64,000 nt of DNA, from NCBI GenBank assembly GCA_965195285.1, contig CBDAFS010000015.1, positions 74,138 through 138,137 of the forward strand, given 5' to 3'. The notes under the pieces are model-generated. The model saw nothing but the letters and a program-made list of their open reading frames with translations. It did not search any database and was not told the DNA's origin. Positions 21,070 to 31,220 of the stretch are shown here, one piece after another (the first letter of the stretch is position 1; each line of letters begins with the position of its first letter). Position numbers and translations under genes: made by a program. This DNA comes from an uncultured Aminicenantes bacterium. GTDB lineage: Bacteria > Acidobacteriota > Aminicenantia > UBA2199.

Positions 21070-21444
21070 ATGGAAGATTATATACTTAGCGCTAAAAATT
21101 CGGGTTTTAAAACCTGTTCGGTTTGCCGTCAAACCTGGAATGACCGGGCGGAGTTTTTGGCTGATCCGGACCTTGAAATAATCGGTTACCAGGTTCATTT
21201 CAAAGATTTGAAAAAGGGACTTTTCATGTTCAATCACAGTTGCAATACCAGCCTGGCCATACCTGCCGAGAAATTTACCGACCTTTACCATGGTGAGATA
21301 GTGAAGGAAAGGAAAACCGGGACCGAGGAATGCCCGGGTTACTGCCTGCATAAGGATGAGTTGCAACCCTGCCCGGCGATATGCGAATGTGCCTATGTCA
21401 GGGACATCATTCAGATCATACGCAACTGGCCCAAGAGGGATTAA
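21070..21444 (+). CDS. Small Cys-rich, probably metal-binding hypothetical protein
   Basis: CSVC, FNHSCNTSL, CPGYC and CPAICEC. Confidence 0.6.
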   Translation: MEDYILSAKNSGFKTCSVCRQTWNDRAEFLADPDLEIIGYQVHFKDLKKGLFMFNHSCNTSLAIPAEKFTDLYHGEIVKERKTGTEECPGYCLHKDELQPCPAICECAYVRDIIQIIRNWPKRD

Positions 21445-21452
21445 TCAAAAAG

Positions 21453-23060
21453 TTAGAGTAACAGATGTAAATATTTAAAGGCTGATTTTTGGGTATAAAG
21501 ATCTTCTACGTCAATAATAAAGTTATATTTCCCCTTTTTCATCCAATCCATACTTATTTTTATGTTTACCTCGGTATTTTCAGGTTTCAGACTTTTGTTT
21601 TGGTCGTAAAGCGTTTTATTGTCTTCACCCTTTATTTGAACATGGACATTTACCATTCCCGATTTTTTCCCTTCAATTTCCTTTACCAAAAGATCAATTA
21701 TTGTGAAATAGAGAATGTTGTTTTCAAATTTTACCTTTTCAAGCTTAATATCTGTTATTTCTGATTTTCTTTTTTTCAAATAGGTGGATATATAGTCTGC
21801 CCTTATATTATCATCATAAAAAACATTATATTTTTTGTTATTTACCTTCACCTTTATCTTTCCGATTTTATTCGGATTATCAGGGGCATATGTGAGTATA
21901 TAATAGACATCCACGGTTTCAACTACTCTCTTTAATGAAGTATCCAGTTTATTTGAGACCAGCAGTTCCCCTCCGGTTTTTTCAGTGATCAGGCGAAGAC
22001 AGTTTTCCAGATCGGTATTGATTTCACTGAATTCCAGATCTTTGGATAACACATTGTTATAGGATGTGAAAAAAAGTGAGTGAAATGTGGCATTGGCTTT
22101 ATAAAAAAGTTTACTGATTTCTTCGGAGGGAAAATCATTTGAAACCTTTAATTCCCGATCTGCGGTATTTAATAGCTTTGAAATGATTCTTGATTTGACA
22201 GCATCCTCACTTCTTCCCATTTGCAAGTTCATGATCAAAGCCCGGATTGACGATCTCATTTCTCCGGTGAATTTGAGTTCGGGAAATTTTTCAAACTGAT
22301 AAAAGGAAATGACCCATTTTTCCAGGTCGATTTTTTCAAGCAAATGGGCGAAATTATAAAACGTATCAATATCGGGAATCAAATATTTCTTTTTATACTC
22401 TTTCCAGATAGCCAAATAGTTATTCATAAACAGGATGACATCATTGGCATTCATTCCCCCTTCTTGATTTCTGTTCGACAATAAAACTTTTAAACGGCTA
22501 AGATCAATAGCATGACTTACCCGTTGAAAATATGTATTGAAGCGGATTCTGGCATTTTTGCATTGTAATTTTAATACCTTTTCGATAATAGGATATAACT
22601 CAGAAATGTCCGGTATTTGATTGAAATACATGGTTTTATCATTTATAAATAACAGCAACTTGTCCTCTTTGTACAAAATATTTTGGATGAAATTTTTGAT
22701 GCTTTTTTTTAAATTGGGATTAAAATTCGAAACCCGGAAAACCAGGACAAAATATCTGGGTTTTCTTTTTACGACTCTATCGGCTGTCAGATCATATTTT
22801 TGATGCTTGATTATTTTTCTTACCGAATAAAATCCATGGATATCCTGTTCTATTCCGTTTTCATATAGTTTGAAATCGGATTTTTTGAGGTTGGCAATCG
22901 CTTTCCCCTTGATCATGATCCTGACTGGCACTTCTACGTTCACGACTCTTACCTCTTCTCTGATTTCATCCTGACCATGTTGGGCAAGAACCATCGGGGT
23001 AGAGAGGGCCATCAATAAAATAAACAGAAGCAAATAAAAAATGTTTATGATTTTACCCAT
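21453..23060 (-). CDS. Secreted VWA-related protein of the Acidobacteria/Aminicenantes type
   Basis: Signal peptide; EEVRVVNVEVPV..LKKSDFKLYENG; TGG..YYILTYAP. Confidence 0.65.
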   Translation of the reverse strand: MGKIINIFYLLLFILLMALSTPMVLAQHGQDEIREEVRVVNVEVPVRIMIKGKAIANLKKSDFKLYENGIEQDIHGFYSVRKIIKHQKYDLTADRVVKRKPRYFVLVFRVSNFNPNLKKSIKNFIQNILYKEDKLLLFINDKTMYFNQIPDISELYPIIEKVLKLQCKNARIRFNTYFQRVSHAIDLSRLKVLLSNRNQEGGMNANDVILFMNNYLAIWKEYKKKYLIPDIDTFYNFAHLLEKIDLEKWVISFYQFEKFPELKFTGEMRSSIRALIMNLQMGRSEDAVKSRIISKLLNTADRELKVSNDFPSEEISKLFYKANATFHSLFFTSYNNVLSKDLEFSEINTDLENCLRLITEKTGGELLVSNKLDTSLKRVVETVDVYYILTYAPDNPNKIGKIKVKVNNKKYNVFYDDNIRADYISTYLKKRKSEITDIKLEKVKFENNILYFTIIDLLVKEIEGKKSGMVNVHVQIKGEDNKTLYDQNKSLKPENTEVNIKISMDWMKKGKYNFIIDVEDLYTQKSAFKYLHLLL

Positions 23061-23202
23061 ATCCTTATCTCCTTATGTTCAGAATAAATGTAAAAGTCAA
23101 TTTTTGTTTAATATTTAATTACCGTTTAATTGGATATAAAGTTAGTCGATTTCTGAAACAGACGAATAGTGTGGGGGTTTTTTCAGTACAGTCCTTGTCG
23201 GA

Positions 23203-24096
23203 TTATCGTACATTCTCATTTGTTATTAAAATATCGATTATTTCCTGTATGATATTTTCAGATTGTGATTTGGAAAAACTGCAGGATCCGGCCCCGTGAT
23301 GTCCCCCGCCACCGAACCGGGAACAGAGCGCTCCGATATTCACCTGACAGGTTTTGTTAAAAATACTGTGTCCGATACTGACAATAACCGTATCCCGGTT
23401 TGTTACATCAAAACGGATTTTCAGGTTAACCGACGTGTCTGGATAGATTGAAAAAACCAGGAAACGGTTGCCACCGGGATAGGTTTCAAATGATCTGAAA
23501 TCGGTTATACTCACCTGTTTGATGATACGGGTATTCTCCTGCAGTACTTTTAAATATTTGCGGTTTTCAACGATTACGGATTTGGCGCGTTTTTTTACCT
23601 CCGGGTCTTTGAGAATTTGATTGATATCTTTAAATCTGAGCAGATTGACCAGCCGGTCCCAGTAGGGACGGTCACTGACTCTAAAACTGTGAATGGTGCT
23701 GGATAGCATGATATAAGGGTAATTTTCCGGATTAAGAACTTCATTAAGGCTTAAATCCGCCGAATCGATTTTATCAGTAGCTTGAACCAGAGGGTTGAAA
23801 TCCCTGATAAATTCTTTGTGGTAGTATTCAAAGATAATTCGGGCTGCAGAGGGGGAAACCCGGAAACAGCCCTGGAAAGGCCGGTCTATGCGGTTGGAGA
23901 GATGGTGGTCGAACCATAAGGAACACCTTTCATCAAAGGCCATATTGGCAATGATGTCTCCCGATTGAATATCGATCAAACCCCGATGTATCTGATTGGG
24001 TTCCACCCATTCCACGGGACCCGTGATATCCAGAGCCTCGATCAAAAGTACAGCGCAAACAATACCGTCAAAATCAGGACGGGTAACAATTCTCAC
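23203..24096 (-). CDS. DHH-family phosphoesterase (exopolyphosphatase/nanoRNase-like)
   Basis: TRPDFDG, WFDHH and GGGGHHGAG (DHHA1). Confidence 0.8.
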   Translation of the reverse strand: MRIVTRPDFDGIVCAVLLIEALDITGPVEWVEPNQIHRGLIDIQSGDIIANMAFDERCSLWFDHHLSNRIDRPFQGCFRVSPSAARIIFEYYHKEFIRDFNPLVQATDKIDSADLSLNEVLNPENYPYIMLSSTIHSFRVSDRPYWDRLVNLLRFKDINQILKDPEVKKRAKSVIVENRKYLKVLQENTRIIKQVSITDFRSFETYPGGNRFLVFSIYPDTSVNLKIRFDVTNRDTVIVSIGHSIFNKTCQVNIGALCSRFGGGGHHGAGSCSFSKSQSENIIQEIIDILITNENVR

Positions 24097-24130
24097 GCCA
24101 AAGACTCTTTAGATTGCTGGCTATAAAATA

Positions 24131-24403
24131 TTATGATGATTCGGGTTTTTCCGGGGGTTTATAATCATCAAAATTTTCAATGATTTCTAAATTGAACCGT
24201 CTTTTTTGTTTCATGCCGGCAGCTGCCAGAATGATTCGGATGGCCCTTGCCGTTCTGCCCTGCTTGCCAATGACCTTGCCGAGATCGGATTGGTGTACCC
24301 TCAATTCCAGAATACTGGTTTGTTCACCGTCGATCTGGGTGACCTTGACATCATCGGGCATGTCAACCAATGCCTTACATACTGTTTCCACGAGTTCTTT
24401 CAC
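24131..24403 (-). CDS. khpA: KH-domain RNA-binding protein KhpA
   Basis: [10 protein letters not shown]...[17 protein letters not shown]. Confidence 0.88.
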   Translation of the reverse strand: MKELVETVCKALVDMPDDVKVTQIDGEQTSILELRVHQSDLGKVIGKQGRTARAIRIILAAAGMKQKRRFNLEIIENFDDYKPPEKPESS

Positions 24404-24601
24404 TTTGGTCTCCTTATTGATCGGATTTTGCTTTCATTGTGTAGAATTTACCGCTGGAATCACCAAACACCTATTAGGAAAATCCATTCTAACCATATAA
24501 TTATTGTGCAATAAATCTTTCAGGTTGTCAATCTAAATCATAGAAAATCAATTTTATTCCGTAAATTTGTAAACAGGCCCTCTTTCTGCTATACTCTGGT
24601 C

Positions 24602-26779
24602 ATGAAAATATTAAAGCGTAACCAATCAATGTTGTTGTGTATTATCATGTTTACCGTGGTGTTGTTTGTCCAGAATCCCTTTCTGAAAGCAGACAATCAG
24701 GAAAACCAGAAGGAAGCGGTTGTTCAGGACCAACCCGTGGCCGATAATCCTTTTTTCAAGCCATTTGACACTCCCTTTGGATTGCCACCATTTGATCAGA
24801 TTCGGAATGAGCATTTTTTCCCTACCTTTGTTAAAAGTATGCAGGATGAAGTGGCTGAAATCGAGGTCATTATCAACAATCCGGAAGCACCTACCTTTGA
24901 AAATACGCTGGAAGCCATGGAAAAGACCGGTGAGTTGTTATCAAATGTGGCTCAGGTTTTTTTCCATTTATACGGTGTGGATAACAATGATGAACGAAAA
25001 CAGATCGCCGTAAAAGTGATTCCCCTGTTGAGCAAACACCGCAGTTTTATCACCTTAAATGATAAATTGTTTGCCAGGGTCAAAGCGGTTCATAAGCAGA
25101 AAGACAATCTTGAATTGAAAGCGGAACAGAAAAAATTACTTGAAGAAACTTACAAGGCGTTTGTACGCAGCGGTGCAAACCTGGATCCCGATGGTAAGGA
25201 AAAGGTAAAGAAAATAGATGCGGAATTGTCTGTTCTTGGGTTGAAATTCAGAAATAATCTTTTAACCGAAACCAACAGCTTCAAGATGTTTCTGGATAAA
25301 GAAGAAGATCTGGAAGGCCTTCCTTCCTCGGTAATCGAAGCAGCGGCCGTAGTAGCTGAAAAAGCCGGGCACAAGGGAAAATGGTTGTTTACCCTGCACA
25401 AACCGAGTTGGATACCCTTTCTCCAGTATTCCAAGAAGCGGGAACTCAGGGAAAAGCTGTACAAGGGGTATATCAATCGCGGGGACAATGATAATGAATT
25501 TGATAACAAGAAGATCATTGCCAAAATAGCCTCCCTCCGGGTCAAGAAAGCCCATATCATGGGATACAAAACACATGCCGATTTCAGGCTGGAAGTCAAT
25601 ATGTCCAAGACCCCGGCCAATGTGTATAAGCTGCTCGATCAGTTGTGGATCCCGACTCTGAAAATGGCCAAGAACGAGGCCAAGATCCTTCAGTCCATGA
25701 TTGACAAAAAGGGTGGTGATTTCAAACTTCAATCCTGGGACTGGTGGTACTATACGGAAAAACTGAGAAAGGAAACATATGCACTGGATGATGATCTGCT
25801 CAGACCATATTTTGAGCTTAACAATGTCAGGGAGGGTGCTTTCTATGTGGCCAACAAACTGTACGGCCTTCAATTTGTGGAAAAAACCGATATCCCCAAT
25901 TATCATAAGGATGCCCAGGTTTTTGAAGTACTGGAAGCCGATGGCAGCCATCTCGGTATCCTCTATACCGATTATTACTATCGGGAAAGCAAACGGGGTG
26001 GAGCCTGGTGTGGAGGATTGAGGGATCAATCCAATATCAGCGACAAGAAAGTCCATCCGGTGGTAACCAATGTGTGCAACTTTTCTCCCCCTGTGGGTGA
26101 CAAACCCTCTCTGCTAACCTATGAACAAGTTTCTACTCTGTTTCATGAATTCGGACATGCCCTTCATGCCCTGTGCAATAAAACCACTTATCCAAGCCTG
26201 GCTTATCCGCCCTGGGATTTTATTGAATTGCCTTCCCAGATTATGGAGCACTGGTGTGCCGAGCCTGAAGTCATGAAGATTTATGCCCGTCACTATAAAA
26301 CCAATGAAGTCATTCCCCAGGAATTGATAGAAAAACTGCAGAATAGCAGCCTATTTAACCAGGGTTTCATCACTCTGGAATACCTGGCTGCCTGTTACCT
26401 GGATCTGAACTGGCATACCTTATCCGAACCCATTGAAATGGATACCGAAAGTTTTGAAGACAGCTACCTCAAAAAAATCGGTTTGATACCCGAGATTATT
26501 TCCCGTTACCGCAGCACCTATTTTGCCCATATTATCGGTGGATATGATGCCGGTTATTACGCTTATATCTGGGCCGAAGTCTTGGATTGTGATGCCTTTG
26601 AGGCATTCAAGGAAACCAGTCTGTTTGATAAGGAAACCGCCAAGCGTTTTCGGGATAATGTTCTGGCCAAAGGCGGAATGGAAGATCCCATGGTCCTGTA
26701 CAAACGGTTTCGGGGAGCAGAACCCAAGATAGACGGGCTGTTGGAAAAACGTGGACTGAACCAGAAAACAGAAGAATAA
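24602..26779 (+). CDS. dcp: M3 metallopeptidase (peptidyl-dipeptidase Dcp-like), exported
   Basis: HEFGHALH, DFIELPSQIMEHW, KRGGAW and YYAYIWAEVLD; signal peptide. Confidence 0.88.
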   Translation: MKILKRNQSMLLCIIMFTVVLFVQNPFLKADNQENQKEAVVQDQPVADNPFFKPFDTPFGLPPFDQIRNEHFFPTFVKSMQDEVAEIEVIINNPEAPTFENTLEAMEKTGELLSNVAQVFFHLYGVDNNDERKQIAVKVIPLLSKHRSFITLNDKLFARVKAVHKQKDNLELKAEQKKLLEETYKAFVRSGANLDPDGKEKVKKIDAELSVLGLKFRNNLLTETNSFKMFLDKEEDLEGLPSSVIEAAAVVAEKAGHKGKWLFTLHKPSWIPFLQYSKKRELREKLYKGYINRGDNDNEFDNKKIIAKIASLRVKKAHIMGYKTHADFRLEVNMSKTPANVYKLLDQLWIPTLKMAKNEAKILQSMIDKKGGDFKLQSWDWWYYTEKLRKETYALDDDLLRPYFELNNVREGAFYVANKLYGLQFVEKTDIPNYHKDAQVFEVLEADGSHLGILYTDYYYRESKRGGAWCGGLRDQSNISDKKVHPVVTNVCNFSPPVGDKPSLLTYEQVSTLFHEFGHALHALCNKTTYPSLAYPPWDFIELPSQIMEHWCAEPEVMKIYARHYKTNEVIPQELIEKLQNSSLFNQGFITLEYLAACYLDLNWHTLSEPIEMDTESFEDSYLKKIGLIPEIISRYRSTYFAHIIGGYDAGYYAYIWAEVLDCDAFEAFKETSLFDKETAKRFRDNVLAKGGMEDPMVLYKRFRGAEPKIDGLLEKRGLNQKTEE

Positions 26780-27039
26780 GTCCTATAAGATAGCGGGAAT
26801 TTTAGCGGTCAGGGAAGTTTTCCTGTCCATATAATAATCAAATAGCCGTCAACTGTCGAATTTCAGATACAGTTTGTTGTTAAATGTCTCAATCCTTTCC
26901 GGAACAGGGTGGAAAACAAATTGGTTCCCCGGACGTATTAAGGATGGGCATCAGTAAGCGGAAGGCCAAATGATCAAAAAAACACCGGTTTTTTTACTCT
27001 CATCATTCAGGCGGTAAATCATGAATGGGGTATTGGCGA

Positions 27040-27774
27040 TCAGATTACGTCGATAACCCCGGCCAGTGGTCCTTCGAAATCGGGTACAGGCAGGGGCTGG
27101 GAGGAATTACTACGGATTTGGGCGGACAGGGAGAATGAGGTATACCCCTGGATCTGGGAATCGGTGGTCATGTAAGTCTTCATTCCGGTTTCACCGGCAA
27201 TCATGTCATTCAGGGGATCATTGCCCACCATAAGGCAGTGTTCTGGCTGAAGGCCGATTTTTTGACAGATTTCCCGGAAATATTTAGGCTGGGGTTTACA
27301 ATAAACACTGTTCTCGATGTGGGTAATCCATGAGTAGGGCAGGGTATCCACCCCGGCCCAGGCCAGGCGGATCATCTGGACTGACAGCGGCCAGAGGGGA
27401 TTTGAGGCGGCAACCAGTTTGATACCCCGCTCACTGATGGTTTTCAGCAGGTCATGGGTTCCCTTGATCGTTTCGACCATGGTGCCCAACTGATCGAATT
27501 CCGTGGCATAGAAATCCTCAAAGCGGCTCCAGAATTCCGGTTTCAGGTTTTCCATATCCCGGCTGAAATGATTCAGGTAATAATCGGCATTGGATATCAG
27601 GCCCTGGTTGTCCAGCAGGGCCCTGGTGGCTCCGATCAGGCGCTTTTGGAAAGTGTCGGCAGTGAAAATGTCAAGGAATTTCGGGGTCAGCCGGGTCATA
27701 TAGGCCTTGAAAAAGGCATTTTCATCGAATAGAATCAGGGTGTTGTCGATATCAAACAGCACGGCTTCTATCAT
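27040..27774 (-). CDS. HAD-superfamily hydrolase
   Basis: FDIDNTL, ASNP, CKP and MVGND..ND; GGAG RBS before ATG 27774. Confidence 0.85.
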   Translation of the reverse strand: MIEAVLFDIDNTLILFDENAFFKAYMTRLTPKFLDIFTADTFQKRLIGATRALLDNQGLISNADYYLNHFSRDMENLKPEFWSRFEDFYATEFDQLGTMVETIKGTHDLLKTISERGIKLVAASNPLWPLSVQMIRLAWAGVDTLPYSWITHIENSVYCKPQPKYFREICQKIGLQPEHCLMVGNDPLNDMIAGETGMKTYMTTDSQIQGYTSFSLSAQIRSNSSQPLPVPDFEGPLAGVIDVI

Positions 27775-27891
27775 CGGTTTCTCCTGAAGTGAATTCAATA
27801 TATATTGATTACTTGCTGGGTACATTGATATTTTAAGAAGAAGTTGAATAGAAATCAATCCAAAAAAGTAAAAAAATAAACAATCTGGAAT

Positions 27892-28146
27892 TCAAATATT
27901 GCTGAGATAGGTGATTTTTTTGATTCGAGATAGTTTTTTGGTATGGTATTCAATCTGATAGGCCTTTTTCTTGTTCAGGGTCCGGGTATTAACCAGCAAC
28001 CGCACTGGCCAGCGGGAGCGGGTATATTTGGAGCCGGTTCCCCGGTTGTGTTCCTGAATTCGATCCGTTAAGCGAATGGCCTGGCAGGTACCGCAGTAGT
28101 AAGTATGATCCGAACATTCCAGTAAATAAACGGTCCAAGTTTCCAT
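27892..28146 (-). CDS. GIY-YIG nuclease family protein (YazA/UPF0213-like)
   Basis: VYLLECSDHTYYCG...RIQEHN.G.GSKYTRSRWPV. Confidence 0.85.
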   Translation of the reverse strand: METWTVYLLECSDHTYYCGTCQAIRLTDRIQEHNRGTGSKYTRSRWPVRLLVNTRTLNKKKAYQIEYHTKKLSRIKKITYLSNI

Positions 28147-28542
28147 TTTGGGGTTTTCTTACATCAAATTATATAGAGAAATCTATTGAAAATCAAAAAA
28201 TTTATTTGAATTTTTTGGCAAAAATTTGGCACAGTTTATGATAATGTAATAATGAAAGAACTAACCCCAGAATTTTTTATTGTTTTTTGTTATTATTTAT
28301 GTTATCTTTGCTAAGAAAAAAATGTGACAGTTGTAATCCCTCCGCTTTATGATATAAGTGCAGTTCTGAATATTCTTGAACATAAACATATTTTTTTGAG
28401 CTTTAAGAAAAAGCATCAACATTTACCGACATTTATCAAACTTCCTTTAGCTGCTTTTACTCAAAAATACCTTGGTCAAATTAATCGTGGATAGTGGTAA
28501 GAACATAGACCAAAATTCTCTATAGTTCACGTGTAGCTAATC

Positions 28543-29037
28543 ATGAGCGCTTACCTTAATGAACTATGGAAAATGGTTGTTTTTATTGGAATCCAATATA
28601 CATTGGGTCGCAGGGGATCTTACCCCTATGGCTTACTGGTTCATTTCAGTCTGGTAAAGATCACCATAATTGTAGTGATTAGCGATGTCATTCAGACGAT
28701 TGCATTGCTATACCTTTTTGAATATTCTTTTGACAAAATTCCAATATTAAAAAAATTAAAGCACTGCCTGACAAAAAAAAAAAAAAAGAAATATCCAAAT
28801 GGAAAATCAAAAAAATCCTTTTGGGAAAAAATTACAAAATGGAGAGAAGTCGGTGTTGTCATTATTGCTGCCTTGCCTTACGGTGGAGGAGCATTATCCG
28901 GAAGTATCCTGGCTTATTCCATGAAAATGAAGAAAAAAAAGGCATTTTTTTTTATTATTCTTGGTTGTATTATCGGTTCAACGCTCTATTACCTGGGCTT
29001 TTATGGAATAATTGAGATAATAGATAAAATTAAATAA
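28543..29037 (+). CDS. Small membrane protein (small multidrug export-like)
   Basis: About four hydrophobic segments and an IAALPYGGGA motif. Confidence 0.55.
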   Translation: MSAYLNELWKMVVFIGIQYTLGRRGSYPYGLLVHFSLVKITIIVVISDVIQTIALLYLFEYSFDKIPILKKLKHCLTKKKKKKYPNGKSKKSFWEKITKWREVGVVIIAALPYGGGALSGSILAYSMKMKKKKAFFFIILGCIIGSTLYYLGFYGIIEIIDKIK

Positions 29038-29087
29038 CATGGGTAGGTCAGAGGAAATTGATATCGGGTAAAATCGATACCATTTTT

Positions 29088-29363
29088 TTAAGATAATAAA
29101 ACCTTCTCATAACTTCTTAAAAGTGCTAAATTAACTGATTGCCAACTCTTGTTTTTGGCAGACTCTTTTGCCACTTCTCCCATCAGTTTCATACTACTTG
29201 TGTCTTTTAATAAAAACTCAATTTTTTCAACAAAATCTCTCGGTGAATTGGCTTTGGCAATAAGGTCATCGAGATCTTTTTCTTTGACCAATCGGCCAAC
29301 ATATAACAGAATGGGGTGGTCATTTGCATTTATAGATTTCCGTATATCATCGTTTTTTCTGGT
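29088..29363 (-). pseudogene. GT4 glycosyltransferase remnant with an internal deletion
   Basis: Reads ...DHPILLYVGRLVKEKDLDDLI joined directly to AKANSPRDFVEKIEFLL...SWQSV; the ExFG motif region and the N-domain are absent. Confidence 0.6.
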
Positions 29364-29556
29364 CTATCATCTATTCAATCATCTGTCTTATTTTGTGATG
29401 TTTTCTATCAATTTGTTTTGTTTTTAAACAATATTATACTATTTATTGATTCTGTTTTCGAGAGGCATTACCAATAAAAATCGCTCAATATAATTATAAA
29501 AGCATAGCAAAGAATTGGAAAAATATTTTACTTAGGCTAAAATTAGATTTGAAAAA

Positions 29557-31110
29557 ATGAAGATAAAAACCAGAAGGAAAAAGAAAGATAAAAAAATGCT
29601 AAGGCGCTTTCTGAATTTTGTGGAAAAAGCTGGTAATCGGCTTCCCCATCCTGGAACTCTGTTTGCCTTATTTGCAGTTGGTGTTATTCTGGCTTCCGAA
29701 ATTGCTGTTCAGTTGAATCTATCTGTGATCCATCCCGGTACCAAAGAAATTGTCATGCCTTTCAGCCTTCTCTCCATCAAGGGGCTTCACTTGATTCTCA
29801 CCAAAATGGTGGATAATTTTACCAGTTTTGCTCCGCTGGGAACTGTTTTGGTGGCCATGCTGGGGATTGGTCTGGCCGAAAAAACCGGATTAATAGGAGC
29901 CGCTTTAAAAAAATTGGTACTATCGGCCCCATCTCATTTACTCACCTTTGTGATTATTTTTGCAGGGGTAATGTCCAATATTGCCAGCGGGGTAGGATAT
30001 GTATTACTGGTGCCTTTGGCTGCCATTATATTTAAGTCGGTGGGTAGGAATCCGCTGGCAGGGATTGCCGCTGCATTTGCAGGTGTTTCCGGAGGATACA
30101 GCGCCAATCTACTGTTGGGTACCATTGATCCATTACTGGCAGGAATTTCTCAGGAGGCGGCTCAAATTGTAGACCCAATGTATCAGGTTAATCCTGCATG
30201 CAATTATTTTTTTATGGTTGTATCCTCTTTTATCATTGCCGGTGTCGGAACCTGGGTGACAGAAAAAGTTATAGAGCCTCGTTTGGGAAAATCAGGGTCT
30301 TTCAAAGTTAAAAAGAATGCCAAGGAAGAAATGGCAGTATTAACTCCTGAGGAGAGTAGGGGGTTGAGATTCACACTGTTGACATTAATTTTTATCGTCG
30401 GGATTTTACTCTGGGGGATATTGCCATCAAACGGTTTTTTAAGGGATGCAGATACAGGCGGGCTCTTGAAATCACCTTTCCTATCTGGCATTGTGGCCCT
30501 AATCTTTCTTATTTCCCTTGTGTTAAGCATTGCCTATGGCATCGGAGCCCGAACCCTGAAAAATGATAAAGAGATCATGAAGGGTATGGCCCAGTCCATG
30601 TCTACCATGGGTACTTACATCGTACTGGTTTTTTTTGCCGCCCAATTTGTTGCCTTCTTTGACTGGTCCAACATTGGCATCATAGTCGCGGTTAAAGGGG
30701 CAGGCTTTTTGGAATCTTCCGGAATGAAGGGAATCCTTTTAATGTTACTGTTTGTGTTGATTGCAGCCTTAATCAATCTGGTGATGGGCAGTGCTTCTGC
30801 CAAATGGGCTATCATGGCACCGGTGTTCATCCCAATGTTTATGATTCTGGGATATTCTCCGGAGTTTGTTCAGGTTGTTTATCGGATCGGAGACAGTGTC
30901 AGTAATATCATTTCTCCGATGATGGCCTACTTTGCACTCATTGTTGCTTTTGTGGAAAAATATGATAAAAGAGCGGGAATCGGTTCGGTTATTGCATTGA
31001 TGCTTCCTTATACCATTGCTTTCTTGGTGGTCTGGTCAGTTTTATTAGTTATATGGATGCTGCTGGGAATACCTGTGGGTCCCGGTGCACCCATCCATTT
31101 GGCAACATGA
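29557..31110 (+). CDS. abgT: AbgT-family transporter
   Basis: [37 protein letters not shown] and [13 protein letters not shown]. Confidence 0.9.
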   Translation: MKIKTRRKKKDKKMLRRFLNFVEKAGNRLPHPGTLFALFAVGVILASEIAVQLNLSVIHPGTKEIVMPFSLLSIKGLHLILTKMVDNFTSFAPLGTVLVAMLGIGLAEKTGLIGAALKKLVLSAPSHLLTFVIIFAGVMSNIASGVGYVLLVPLAAIIFKSVGRNPLAGIAAAFAGVSGGYSANLLLGTIDPLLAGISQEAAQIVDPMYQVNPACNYFFMVVSSFIIAGVGTWVTEKVIEPRLGKSGSFKVKKNAKEEMAVLTPEESRGLRFTLLTLIFIVGILLWGILPSNGFLRDADTGGLLKSPFLSGIVALIFLISLVLSIAYGIGARTLKNDKEIMKGMAQSMSTMGTYIVLVFFAAQFVAFFDWSNIGIIVAVKGAGFLESSGMKGILLMLLFVLIAALINLVMGSASAKWAIMAPVFIPMFMILGYSPEFVQVVYRIGDSVSNIISPMMAYFALIVAFVEKYDKRAGIGSVIALMLPYTIAFLVVWSVLLVIWMLLGIPVGPGAPIHLAT

Positions 31111-31220
31111 CTATTCCATAATCTGACCGGTCATGAGAGGTAAAAATCAGGGCTATGATGACCAAAGATCTTGTCGAAATCAAAAAAAAGACAGAAACCA
31201 TGCACCCGGATATTCGATCT

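Noticed and set aside
25262-26056. 264-aa antisense ORF inside dcp, and similar shadow ORFs inside PFOR, the RND permease and dxs
   Set aside because: They fully overlap well-supported genes and carry no recognisable motifs.
26780-27039. Possible ncRNA between the convergent dcp and HAD genes
   Set aside because: Only weak hairpins, with no recognisable riboswitch or ncRNA consensus.
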